Positions 6,860 to 14,681 of a DNA stretch of 30,541 bases are shown here, one piece after another; the stretch's first letter is position 1, and each line of letters begins with the position of its first letter. Under the pieces are notes generated by a model. It was not told the DNA's origin and did not search any database. It saw only the letters and a program-made list of their open reading frames with translations. The position numbers and the translations under genes are program-made. This DNA comes from a virus (taxonomy: Duplodnaviria; Caudoviricetes), in IMG/VR virus record IMGVR_UViG_3300024310_000025, positions 1-30,541 of that record. One strand, given 5' to 3'.

Positions 6860-7614
6860 CTGCTACTGCAGAACTCATCAACAGGCTGGTCGCCAGCGGC
6901 ATGGATGCCGCCGAGGCGGCCGGCCTTGTCGCGCGTGCTGCAGTTGAAATGACAGGCGCACTGACTAAAAAATCCTCGGCTGCGATCCGCCAGCAACGCT
7001 ATCGAGACCGTAACGAAGCGTCACGTCGTAACGCCTCTGAATGCGATGAAAGCGTAACGAACCATAACGAAACCGTAACGCGTTACGCTGATGCAGAAGC
7101 GTCACGAAACGTAACGGAGCGTAACGAAAGCATAACGCGTTACGATCGCCCTCTCTCTTCTTTAGAAAATAAGAATAGAAAGAAAGGGGAGAGGCTTTCG
7201 GAAATCTGGTCGCCGAGTGACGCCGACCGTGACTTCGCTCGGAAGCTCGGTTGGTCTGAAACCCAGATCGACGCCGAGGCTGCGAACTTCCGGGATTACT
7301 GGATCGCAAAGCCCGGGTCAGGCGGGTGCAAACTCGATTGGCCGGCTACTTGGCGCAAGTGGACAAGATCCAGCAAAATCAAACCCGCTGGCTCGCCTGC
7401 AGTCCCTGTCGGACAGCCCGTATCCGGCTTTTACGCCAAGTTTGGGAGCGAGGAGCAGGATGCTTGGGACGCTTACCGAAAGGCCCGGGAGGGGAAGTCA
7501 TTCCCCCGGGATAGCAAGGGCGGCTGGCACCACACGTCGCAATGGCCGCCTGGATATACGCCGAACCCATCTGCAGGTCAGGCCGATGCACCGCGATTGA
7601 GGACGATGCAATGA
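6856..7614 (+). CDS. Phage replication initiator (lambda O-like, DnaT-like C-terminal domain)
   Basis: AIRQQRYRDR, internal iterons, and FRDYW...KLDWPATWRKW C-terminal motif. Confidence 0.75.
   Translation: MTATAELINRLVASGMDAAEAAGLVARAAVEMTGALTKKSSAAIRQQRYRDRNEASRRNASECDESVTNHNETVTRYADAEASRNVTERNESITRYDRPLSSLENKNRKKGERLSEIWSPSDADRDFARKLGWSETQIDAEAANFRDYWIAKPGSGGCKLDWPATWRKWTRSSKIKPAGSPAVPVGQPVSGFYAKFGSEEQDAWDAYRKAREGKSFPRDSKGGWHHTSQWPPGYTPNPSAGQADAPRLRTMQ
7009..7190. repeat. Replication origin: 12 CGTAACG-like iterons plus AT/purine-rich stretch
   Basis: CGTAACG/CGTCACG/CATAACG/CGTTACG at 7009, 7019, 7027, 7053, 7063, 7074, 7081, 7100, 7110, 7120, 7131, 7138; A-rich stretch about 7160-7190. 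Confidence 0.8.
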
Positions 7615-7808
7615 TCCGCGATCCCTCAGACGGCACGGTGCGAGAGGTACCGCCACCCAAATCCGGCGGTACGAGCGCTTCCCGCCGGGATCAGCCGGCG
7701 CCGGGTCCAGACACCGGCATCCGCCAGCCTACCAAGACCGAGGCAATGATCCGCCTGGACAAATCCCGCGAATGGCTAAAAGCCTACCACGAAAGGAAGA
7801 AAGCCTGA
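7611..7808 (+). CDS. Hypothetical protein (MIRDPSDGTVRE...)
   Basis: ATGA and TGATG coupling with neighbours. Confidence 0.55.
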   Translation: MIRDPSDGTVREVPPPKSGGTSASRRDQPAPGPDTGIRQPTKTEAMIRLDKSREWLKAYHERKKA

Positions 7809-8029
7809 TGGCAACCATCCTCGAAGCAGCCCAAGAGCTGATAAAGCAACTCAACTCGCCGGCCATCGCACATGCCGTCTGGGTGCAGAACACAGTTGAC
7901 CCTGAAACAAACGGATTCGTCCCCGTGCTCAAGGTATCGATCCGACCCGGATGGAAGAACAGGATCACCGTACCAAACGAATGCAAGGGCTTTGCCGTGA
8001 TGCAAGAGCCGTGGCCGAAGGGGAAGTGA
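7808..8029 (+). CDS. Hypothetical protein
   Basis: TGATG coupling at both ends. Confidence 0.55.
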   Translation: MATILEAAQELIKQLNSPAIAHAVWVQNTVDPETNGFVPVLKVSIRPGWKNRITVPNECKGFAVMQEPWPKGK

Positions 8030-8319
8030 TGCCCGCGCGAATTAGAAAGATCCGACACGACGAGAACACCCGGCAGAAAATCCAGGTGGCTCAAATCCTC
8101 AATAGGCTCAACGCTCTGATCCTCGGTCAGATCGACATGCCACCCCATGCCGTCACAGCCGCTCTAGGGCTGCTCAAGAAGGCATTGCCTGACCTCCAGT
8201 CAGTTGAGATTTCAGGCGAAATTCAAAAGACATACGTCGCGCGCATGCCCGCTAAGGTCACTGGAATTGATGAATGGCAGAAGAACTACGTGACGCCCCG
8301 GACGATGACCAAACAGTAA
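8029..8319 (+). CDS. terS: Terminase small subunit
   Basis: TRQKIQVAQILNRL...AALGLLKKALPDLQSVEISG; directly upstream of and overlapping terL. Confidence 0.7.
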   Translation: MPARIRKIRHDENTRQKIQVAQILNRLNALILGQIDMPPHAVTAALGLLKKALPDLQSVEISGEIQKTYVARMPAKVTGIDEWQKNYVTPRTMTKQ

Positions 8320-9806
8320 TTTGGGAGCCGCAGCCGCGTCAGGAAGCATTCATCACATGCCCAGTCGATGACGTTGGGTTCGGAGGCGCGCGAGGAGGCG
8401 GCAAGTCTGACGGGGTTGTTGGGGATTTCATCGACCATGAGGAGACCTATGGCGAGCATGCTATTGCGATGGCCTTCCGCCGTGAGCGAACGCAGCTCGT
8501 TGAGCTTATCGAACGCGCCAAGCAGATCCTCACGCCGCTGTCCTACAAGTGGCATGAGCAGGACAAGTACTTCAGGGGGCCGAAGGGCGGCCGGCTTCGT
8601 TTCACCTACCTGGACTCGGATTCGGACGCTGATGCGTATCAGGGCCATAGCTATACGAGGCTGTATCCCGAGGAGATGGGTACGTTCCCCAATGAGGCGC
8701 CGATCAACAAGATGACTGCGACGCTGCGGTCGGGCCATGGCGTGCCGTGCCAGATGAAGGGCACCTGCAACCCTGGAGGACCAGGTCATCAGTGGGTCAA
8801 GGCGCGATACAAGCTCGATACCCATCCGTTTGGCATGGAGGTCTTCCGGTACGAGTTCGAGAACCCGTTCACGAAGAAGAAGATCGAGAAGACGCGCGTT
8901 TTCATTCCCTCCAAGGTCGTGGACAACAAGTTTTTAGGCGATGACTACGTTGCGAACCTGTTTCAGGTTGGCTCGGCAAATCTCGTGAAAGCGTGGTTGG
9001 AAGGCGATTGGAGCGTCATCGAGGGCGCATTCTTCCCAGAGTGGAGCACGGAAAAGCATGTCATCCCGCCGTTTCAGATTCCAGATTCTTGGCTACGATT
9101 TCGATCTGGCGATTGGGGTTCAGCGCGTCCGTTCTCAATCGGATGGTGGGCCGTCGTGGGTGACGATCACAGGATTGGCGGGCCAGAAATTGGAGGTGGG
9201 CCAGCTCGTATTTTGCCGCGGGGGTCGCTGGTTCGCTACCGCGAGTGGTACGGAGCATCTGCCCCAAACGTCGGACTCAAACTCCCCGCCGAAGAAGTCG
9301 CTGACGGCATCATAGCGAGGGAAACCGATGAGCCAAGAGACCTCGAAGGCAAGTCTGCCATCAGTTATGGGGTGCTGGACCCTTCCTGTTTTGACGCCGA
9401 CGGAGGTCCATGCATCGCTGAACGAATGGCCTCCCGCAAAGTGTTCTTTAGGCGCGCTGACAATAAGCGAACGGCACGGGTCGGAGCTATTGGTGGATGG
9501 GATCAGGTACGTGCCCGTCTCGTGGGCGACGGAGAGCGCCCCATGATGTATTTCTTCTCCACCTGTCGAGACAGCATAAGAACGCTTCCCGCGCTCCAGC
9601 ACGACCAGAACAAGCCTGAGGACGTGGATACGGAGAACGAGGACCATGCGCCGGATGAGATCAGGTACGCCTGCATGAGCCGGCCATATGTGAAGGACAA
9701 TCCAATCAGGAAGCAGGGCAAAATCCTGATTGTTGGGCCAGGCAACGAGGTGAGCTTGAATGATTTGTGGGAAAAGCAGGCGCCGCAGAGGAGGGCGAGG
9801 GTATGA
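8274..9806 (+). CDS. terL: Terminase large subunit
   Basis: Walker A GGARGGGKS, Walker B-like YTRLYPEE, coupling motif TCNPGG, nuclease GDWG and EDHAPDEIRY. Confidence 0.95.
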   Translation: MAEELRDAPDDDQTVIWEPQPRQEAFITCPVDDVGFGGARGGGKSDGVVGDFIDHEETYGEHAIAMAFRRERTQLVELIERAKQILTPLSYKWHEQDKYFRGPKGGRLRFTYLDSDSDADAYQGHSYTRLYPEEMGTFPNEAPINKMTATLRSGHGVPCQMKGTCNPGGPGHQWVKARYKLDTHPFGMEVFRYEFENPFTKKKIEKTRVFIPSKVVDNKFLGDDYVANLFQVGSANLVKAWLEGDWSVIEGAFFPEWSTEKHVIPPFQIPDSWLRFRSGDWGSARPFSIGWWAVVGDDHRIGGPEIGGGPARILPRGSLVRYREWYGASAPNVGLKLPAEEVADGIIARETDEPRDLEGKSAISYGVLDPSCFDADGGPCIAERMASRKVFFRRADNKRTARVGAIGGWDQVRARLVGDGERPMMYFFSTCRDSIRTLPALQHDQNKPEDVDTENEDHAPDEIRYACMSRPYVKDNPIRKQGKILIVGPGNEVSLNDLWEKQAPQRRARV

Positions 9807-10108
9807 CGCAGCGGATGTGCAGGGTATGCGGGGATTGGCACGACCTGGACGAGGCGTGGCCTGATCCCTGCGTAAGGCACTTCAAGTCAGCAGCGCCCTA
9901 CGTCATCTCCGACAACATGGACGCGCTGAAGCATCACGCAACGGGCGAGATCATGACCAGCAAGCGGGCCTTCAGCAGGGCAACGCGGGCGGCGGGATGC
10001 ATTGAGATTGGCAATGAGGTGATGAAACCTCGCGCTCCTGTTAAGCTGGACAGGGGACAGAGGCGCGAGGATATCAAACGCGCATTGTACGAACTGAAGA
10101 ACCGTTAA
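9803..10108 (+). CDS. Small head-module protein with Cys/His motif
   Basis: MTQRMCRVCGDWH...SKRAFSRATRAAGCIEIGNE; ATGA overlap with terL. Confidence 0.65.
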   Translation: MTQRMCRVCGDWHDLDEAWPDPCVRHFKSAAPYVISDNMDALKHHATGEIMTSKRAFSRATRAAGCIEIGNEVMKPRAPVKLDRGQRREDIKRALYELKNR

Positions 10109-10320
10109 TGCTTCTTGCCGGCCTTGGTGTCTTCGGGCACGACGACTGCCGGCTTCTCGCCGGGCTTGACGCCATCGATGTGGTTTGCGAGCGCGCGGAT
10201 GGCCAGGGTATTGGCCTTGATCGCACGCTGGATTCCATCCGTTGACGATAGATCGACGGGAGTTTCCGTCCAGTTGAATTCATCAAAGGACGATGCAACG
10301 ACTTCGTTTGCGGTGGCCAT
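10105..10320 (-). CDS. Counter-oriented 71-aa hypothetical protein (moron-like)
   Basis: GGAGA RBS, GC-ending codons, convergent TTAA stop overlap, AT-rich upstream region. Confidence 0.6.
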   Translation of the reverse strand: MATANEVVASSFDEFNWTETPVDLSSTDGIQRAIKANTLAIRALANHIDGVKPGEKPAVVVPEDTKAGKKH

Positions 10321-10329
10321 GATAATAAT

Positions 10330-10477
10330 CTCCGATGGAGGAGATTTGACAATCTGTGGTTCGGTAAATGGTTCCTACAGAGCAATTGTGCGTGCGCATG
10401 TTGAAAACTCAATTTCATTTCTGAGCGCGATTCGCGAATAAGCTATATCAGCCTGCATATTCTTACGGGGAATTTGC
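10330..10477. promoter_or_regulatory. AT-rich divergent promoter region (head operon and moron)
   Basis: GCTATATC (10442-10449) fits the alphaproteobacterial -10 GCTANAWC; palindrome ATTCGCGAAT 10430-10439; TTGACA at 10346-10351. Confidence 0.45.
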
Positions 10478-11596
10478 TTGGCTGAAGAACTAGCCGATAC
10501 CCACGCAGCGGAATCCGCAGAGATCGCCTCCACGTCAGGCGGTGATATCGGACGCGATACCTCGCCGCCCGAGCGTCTTTCCCTCCGCGAAACCCTGAAC
10601 AAGTCGGTTGAGGAAGTCCGCGAGAAAGAGCGTGTTGAGCGCGCCCGCGATGAGCAGGGCAAGTTCGCGAAGGAAACAGTAAAGCAGGCCAGTGCGGAGA
10701 AGCCCGCAGTGGCGGCCAAAGAGTCACCTAGCGGTGAGGCTCCAGCCCCGGCGGAAGGTCAAACGCCCCCCAAGACGAGCGGCCCTCCGCCGGGCTGGTC
10801 TCAAGCCTCCAAAGAATTCTACAATTCCCTGCCTCCCGATCATCCTCTCAGACAGGATATTGCGAAGCGGGAAGATGAAGTCTCCAATGGGTTCAAAACC
10901 TATTCGGAGAAGACCAAGCAGTACGACGCCATCGAGCAGGTGCTAGCACCGAACCGGGCCAGGTTTCAGCAATTTGGCCTCAAGAACGATGCGGAGGCCG
11001 TCAGCCGCCTCTTTGAGTGGGAAGCCGCGATTGCTCGCAGTCCGCGGGAGACCATTGCCCAACTTGCTCAGCAGTATGGCGTTGACCTTTCACAATTCGC
11101 CCGATCTCCCGCGCCCTCAGATGGCAGCCAGGATATTCCGGAGCACCTTCGTCCCGTCTTGGATGAAGTCGGCCAGTTGAAGCAGCAGGTCTCTGGTTTT
11201 GTCACTGCCCAACAGCAGGCAGAGCAGAGCCGTATTGCTGCTGAGCTTTCCGCGTTCGCAAAGGACAAGCCGCATTTCGAAAAGGTGCGCGTGGCCATGG
11301 GTCAGATGATGACCGCAGGGCTGGTGCAACCCAATGACCTGGAAGGCGCCTATCAACGGGCGATCTGGGCCGATCCCGAACTGCGCGAAACCATGTTGCG
11401 AGAGCAGGAAGAAAAGCGACAGGCCGAATACACCAGGACGCAGGCAGAGCAGGCCGCCAAGGCCAGGCTCGCCGCTGTCTCCCCCGCGCCGCGCGCACGT
11501 CAAAGTGCCGTAGTGCCGCAGGACAAGAGCAGCAAGGGTGTTCGTGGATCCATTCTGGCAGCCGTGAACGAGGTCTCGGAGAGGAATCGGGCCTAA
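10478..11596 (+). CDS. Capsid scaffolding protein
   Basis: Acidic/Pro-rich N-terminus, RDEQGKF and PPPGWS motifs, coiled coil; directly upstream of the MCP gene; TTG start. Confidence 0.8.
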   Translation: MAEELADTHAAESAEIASTSGGDIGRDTSPPERLSLRETLNKSVEEVREKERVERARDEQGKFAKETVKQASAEKPAVAAKESPSGEAPAPAEGQTPPKTSGPPPGWSQASKEFYNSLPPDHPLRQDIAKREDEVSNGFKTYSEKTKQYDAIEQVLAPNRARFQQFGLKNDAEAVSRLFEWEAAIARSPRETIAQLAQQYGVDLSQFARSPAPSDGSQDIPEHLRPVLDEVGQLKQQVSGFVTAQQQAEQSRIAAELSAFAKDKPHFEKVRVAMGQMMTAGLVQPNDLEGAYQRAIWADPELRETMLREQEEKRQAEYTRTQAEQAAKARLAAVSPAPRARQSAVVPQDKSSKGVRGSILAAVNEVSERNRA

Positions 11597-11612
11597 CCCA
11601 CAGGGGTAGGCA

Positions 11613-12647
11613 ATGGCCTTTCCAAATCTCTCTGAAATCGTGACGACCACTCTGCGGAATCGCACGGGTGAACTGGCTGACAACATGAGCCGCAACAACG
11701 CTCTGCTGGCACGTCTCAGCAAGCGCGGGCGCATGAAGACGTTCTCGGGCGGTCGTACCATCGTCCAGGAACTCAACTACGCCAACAACCAGACCTTCCA
11801 GTGGTATTCTGGCTATCAGACCCTGAATATCGCGCCGTCGCAGACCTTCTCTGCCGCGGAATACCCGATCCGCCAGTCTGCGGTTGCAGTGTCGATCTCC
11901 GGCCTGGAAGAACTCCAGAACTCCGGCGAGGAAGCGATCATCGATCTGCTCGAAAGCCGTATCGAGAACGCCGAAGACACGTTCATGAACGGCATGTCGC
12001 AGGGCGTCTATGGCGACGGCACGGTGACCGGCTCCGTCAACGGGCTTCAGTTGCTCGTGTCGGCCTCGCCGTCCTCGGGCATCGTCGGCGGCATCGATCG
12101 CGCGACCTGGACGTTCTGGCAGAACCAGGCGTACGGCGCTGTCACCAACGGCGGCGCTGCTGCAACCGCGGCGAACATCCAGAACTACATGGATTCGTTG
12201 TGGGTCACTCTGGTTCGTGGCCGTGACGCTCCGGATCTGATCGTCGCGGACAACAACTACTACAAATATTACTGGCAGTCGCTTCAGGCGATCCAGCGCA
12301 TTGCGAGCGAAAACGGTTCGGGCGAGTTCGGCACCTTGGGCTATCAGACGCTCAAGTACAACACGGCCGATGTCGTGCTCGACGGCGGTTTCCAGGGCTT
12401 CAGCACTGATCCGCTGCCCTATGAGACCTCGGCCGGCACCTCTGCCGTTGGCGGTGCCCCGTCCAACACGATGTACATGCTCAACACCAAGTACATCCAT
12501 TGGCGCCCGCACGCTCGCCGCAACATGGTCCCGCTCGATCCCGACCGCTTCAGCGTCAACCAGGACGCCATGGTAAAATTAATTGGATGGGCAGGGAACA
12601 TGACACTTTCCAACGCATTTTTGCAGGGTGTTTTGTACAATACCTGA
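11613..12647 (+). CDS. Major capsid protein
   Basis: 344 aa, strong GC3 bias; TTTLRNRTGELADNMSRNNALL...SISGLEELQNSG pattern; position after the scaffold gene. Confidence 0.9.
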   Translation: MAFPNLSEIVTTTLRNRTGELADNMSRNNALLARLSKRGRMKTFSGGRTIVQELNYANNQTFQWYSGYQTLNIAPSQTFSAAEYPIRQSAVAVSISGLEELQNSGEEAIIDLLESRIENAEDTFMNGMSQGVYGDGTVTGSVNGLQLLVSASPSSGIVGGIDRATWTFWQNQAYGAVTNGGAAATAANIQNYMDSLWVTLVRGRDAPDLIVADNNYYKYYWQSLQAIQRIASENGSGEFGTLGYQTLKYNTADVVLDGGFQGFSTDPLPYETSAGTSAVGGAPSNTMYMLNTKYIHWRPHARRNMVPLDPDRFSVNQDAMVKLIGWAGNMTLSNAFLQGVLYNT

Positions 12648-12721
12648 TGACAATGAGTAGCGCAGAACACAAAGAAGTAGTAGAATTTCCGGCTAATGTA
12701 AATGCCGGAAGGAGCTATTTC

Positions 12722-13342
12722 ATGCGCTTGATCGATCGCATCGGACAACGATACGACCGCCTGCTTGTTGTCGCCCGTGCACCGAACGCTAGCGAGCGCG
12801 ATACGAACGCTCGCTGGAGCTGCAAGTGTGATTGTGGACGCATGGTCCTTGCCTACGGGCATGACCTTGCAAGGGGAAAAGTAAAATCATGCGGGTGCTT
12901 GAATGCCGAAAGGATTTTCAAGCACGGCAAGTCGCGAACTCTGACCTACAACGTATGGAAGCAAATCTTCCAACGATGTGAGAACCCCAAATCGCCTTCG
13001 TACAAAAACTATGGGGCAAGAGGGATCACTGTTGATCCATCGTGGCGTGATTTTGAGACCTTTGTTGCTGACATGGGTGATTGCCCTGAGGGGTTTTCAA
13101 TTGAACGTGTCGATAACAATGGCCCTTACTGCAAAAGCAATTGCGAATGGGCGACATCAAAAACTCAGCGAAACAATACGCGCCGAAATCGACGCCTCAA
13201 AGCGTTCGGCCGTGAACAAACGCTGATGCAGTGGGTAGAAGAGTTCAATGTCCCTTGGGATCGAGTGAGATCGCGGCTGCGCTATGGCTGGACCCTTGAA
13301 CAGGCTCTTACGGAGCCGCCTCTTTACGAAAGGAAACACTAA
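12722..13342 (+). CDS. Free-standing HNH homing endonuclease
   Basis: IDRIGQRYDRLLV..W.CKCDCG...SCGC, RC.NP...YKNYGARGI, IERVDNNGPYCKSNCEWAT; lower GC; AAGGAG RBS (alternative start 12647). Confidence 0.85.
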   Translation: MRLIDRIGQRYDRLLVVARAPNASERDTNARWSCKCDCGRMVLAYGHDLARGKVKSCGCLNAERIFKHGKSRTLTYNVWKQIFQRCENPKSPSYKNYGARGITVDPSWRDFETFVADMGDCPEGFSIERVDNNGPYCKSNCEWATSKTQRNNTRRNRRLKAFGREQTLMQWVEEFNVPWDRVRSRLRYGWTLEQALTEPPLYERKH

Positions 13343-13908
13343 TGGCTAACCCGAACATTGCGGGCTTCAGCACCATCGGCCTTGAAGGTGCGGATTACAC
13401 CGCGACCTACACCGGTTATGCGCAGTCCTCGGCGGTCTCTTCGACCAACACTCCGGACTATCCCGGCCCGACCGGCCAGTATTCCCTTGGTCAGATTTCC
13501 AAGGGTGCTGACGGCTCGGAATGGGTCTACGTGCTGGCTGGTAGCGCCATCACCCAAGGCGATGTCGTTATCATCACCAACACGGGTGCGCTCTGGACGG
13601 CCACTTCGATCACCAACACGCTCGCCGCATCCAAACTCGGCAACTGGCTCGGTGCCCAGCCGTTCACTGCCGTCACCAGCGGCCAGTATTGCTGGGTGCA
13701 GCGCGCGGGCAAGTGCGCCGGCATCAGCGTGATCGCCTCGACCTCGGCAAACGTCACGCTGTACACCACGACCACGGCGGGCCGCCTTTCGTCCGCCTCG
13801 GTTGCTTCCACCACCTCGATTGCTTCGGGTGTCGTCCTGACCACGGCGAACGTGTCGGGCCTCACTCAGGCAATCTTCAACTTCCCTGTGGTGGGTGCGA
13901 CGCAGTGA
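13342..13908 (+). CDS. Head decoration/cement protein
   Basis: Ser/Thr/Ala/Gly-rich; EWVYVLAGSAITQGD...GQYCWVQ; position after the MCP gene. Confidence 0.65.
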   Translation: MANPNIAGFSTIGLEGADYTATYTGYAQSSAVSSTNTPDYPGPTGQYSLGQISKGADGSEWVYVLAGSAITQGDVVIITNTGALWTATSITNTLAASKLGNWLGAQPFTAVTSGQYCWVQRAGKCAGISVIASTSANVTLYTTTTAGRLSSASVASTTSIASGVVLTTANVSGLTQAIFNFPVVGATQ

Positions 13909-14681
13909 TTTGGGAGCCAGCGATCATATCGGTTTGGCCTAACTTCCAGGAGAGCCTGGAAGCGAATATCCGCGCCAATTCGAAACGATCGCTGCCTTTC
14001 CTCACACAGCAAACAGAGAAGTCGGAGCCGCTTGCCATCGTCGGCGGCGGCCCGACCCTCAAATACACAATCGACAAGCTTCGCGAGTTCAAGGGCGCTG
14101 TCCTGGTGTGCTCGTCCGCGCATGACCATTTGCTGAAACAGGGTGTCATCCCTGATTACGCCGTGTTCTGCGATGCCATGCCATCGCCGCAATGGCTGGA
14201 ACTGAAGCGCCCGGATTGCACCTATTTGCTGGCGACGCAGTGTCATCCATCAGTGTTCGATCACCTGTCCGATTGCCGCGTCATGATGTGGGACGTGGCC
14301 GGAGAGCTTCCGGAAGAGTTATTCGAGGGGCGCGGCAGGATTGCCGGAGGCTGTACCGCCGCGATGCGCTCGATCGCGCTCGGCATGGTTCTTGGGTACA
14401 CGGACTTGCACTTTTTCGGGGTGGATTCCTCGTTTGAGGATGAGAAATTTGCGTACCCCGACGACACCGACAACAACGAAATTCTAGAGGCGAAGATCAA
14501 TGGGCGCGTGTTCAAGACGACGCTGCCGCTGATCGCCCAAGCGCAGGATTTGCAGAACCTCTGCACGAACTACGGTCACATGTTCTCCGTCACAGTGCAC
14601 GGAGACAGCCTGTTTGCCGATGTCTGGAAGGACATGCGAGCGAAGACCGACGCACTGATCAATAGGGAGAAGGCAGCATGA
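13905..14681 (+). CDS. Maf/MptE-like (DUF115, MAF_flag10) protein, possible glycosyltransferase
   Basis: LAIVGGGPTL, GVIPDYAVFCD, ALGMVLGYTDLHFFGVDSSF motifs; GTG start overlaps the previous stop. Confidence 0.75.
   Translation: MIWEPAIISVWPNFQESLEANIRANSKRSLPFLTQQTEKSEPLAIVGGGPTLKYTIDKLREFKGAVLVCSSAHDHLLKQGVIPDYAVFCDAMPSPQWLELKRPDCTYLLATQCHPSVFDHLSDCRVMMWDVAGELPEELFEGRGRIAGGCTAAMRSIALGMVLGYTDLHFFGVDSSFEDEKFAYPDDTDNNEILEAKINGRVFKTTLPLIAQAQDLQNLCTNYGHMFSVTVHGDSLFADVWKDMRAKTDALINREKAA

Noticed and set aside
7009-7144. Short repeat array as a CRISPR or DGR repeat
   Set aside because: Units are 7 bp with no unique spacers, and no cas or reverse transcriptase gene is present; explained as iterons.
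8655-8680. TerL Walker B reads LYPEE instead of hhhhDE
   Set aside because: EE variants occur in terminases and all other motifs are intact; not evidence of inactivation.
12500-12721. ORF-track N-terminal extension of the HNH gene overlapping MCP, suggesting a capsid-HNH frameshift fusion or intron
   Set aside because: MCP ends normally at 12647, the HNH has its own SD at 12709-12714, and no intron core or slippery site was recognised.
13689-13904. ORF-track N-terminal extension of the DUF115 gene
   Set aside because: Overlaps the decoration gene out of frame; GTGA coupling at 13905 gives a better start.
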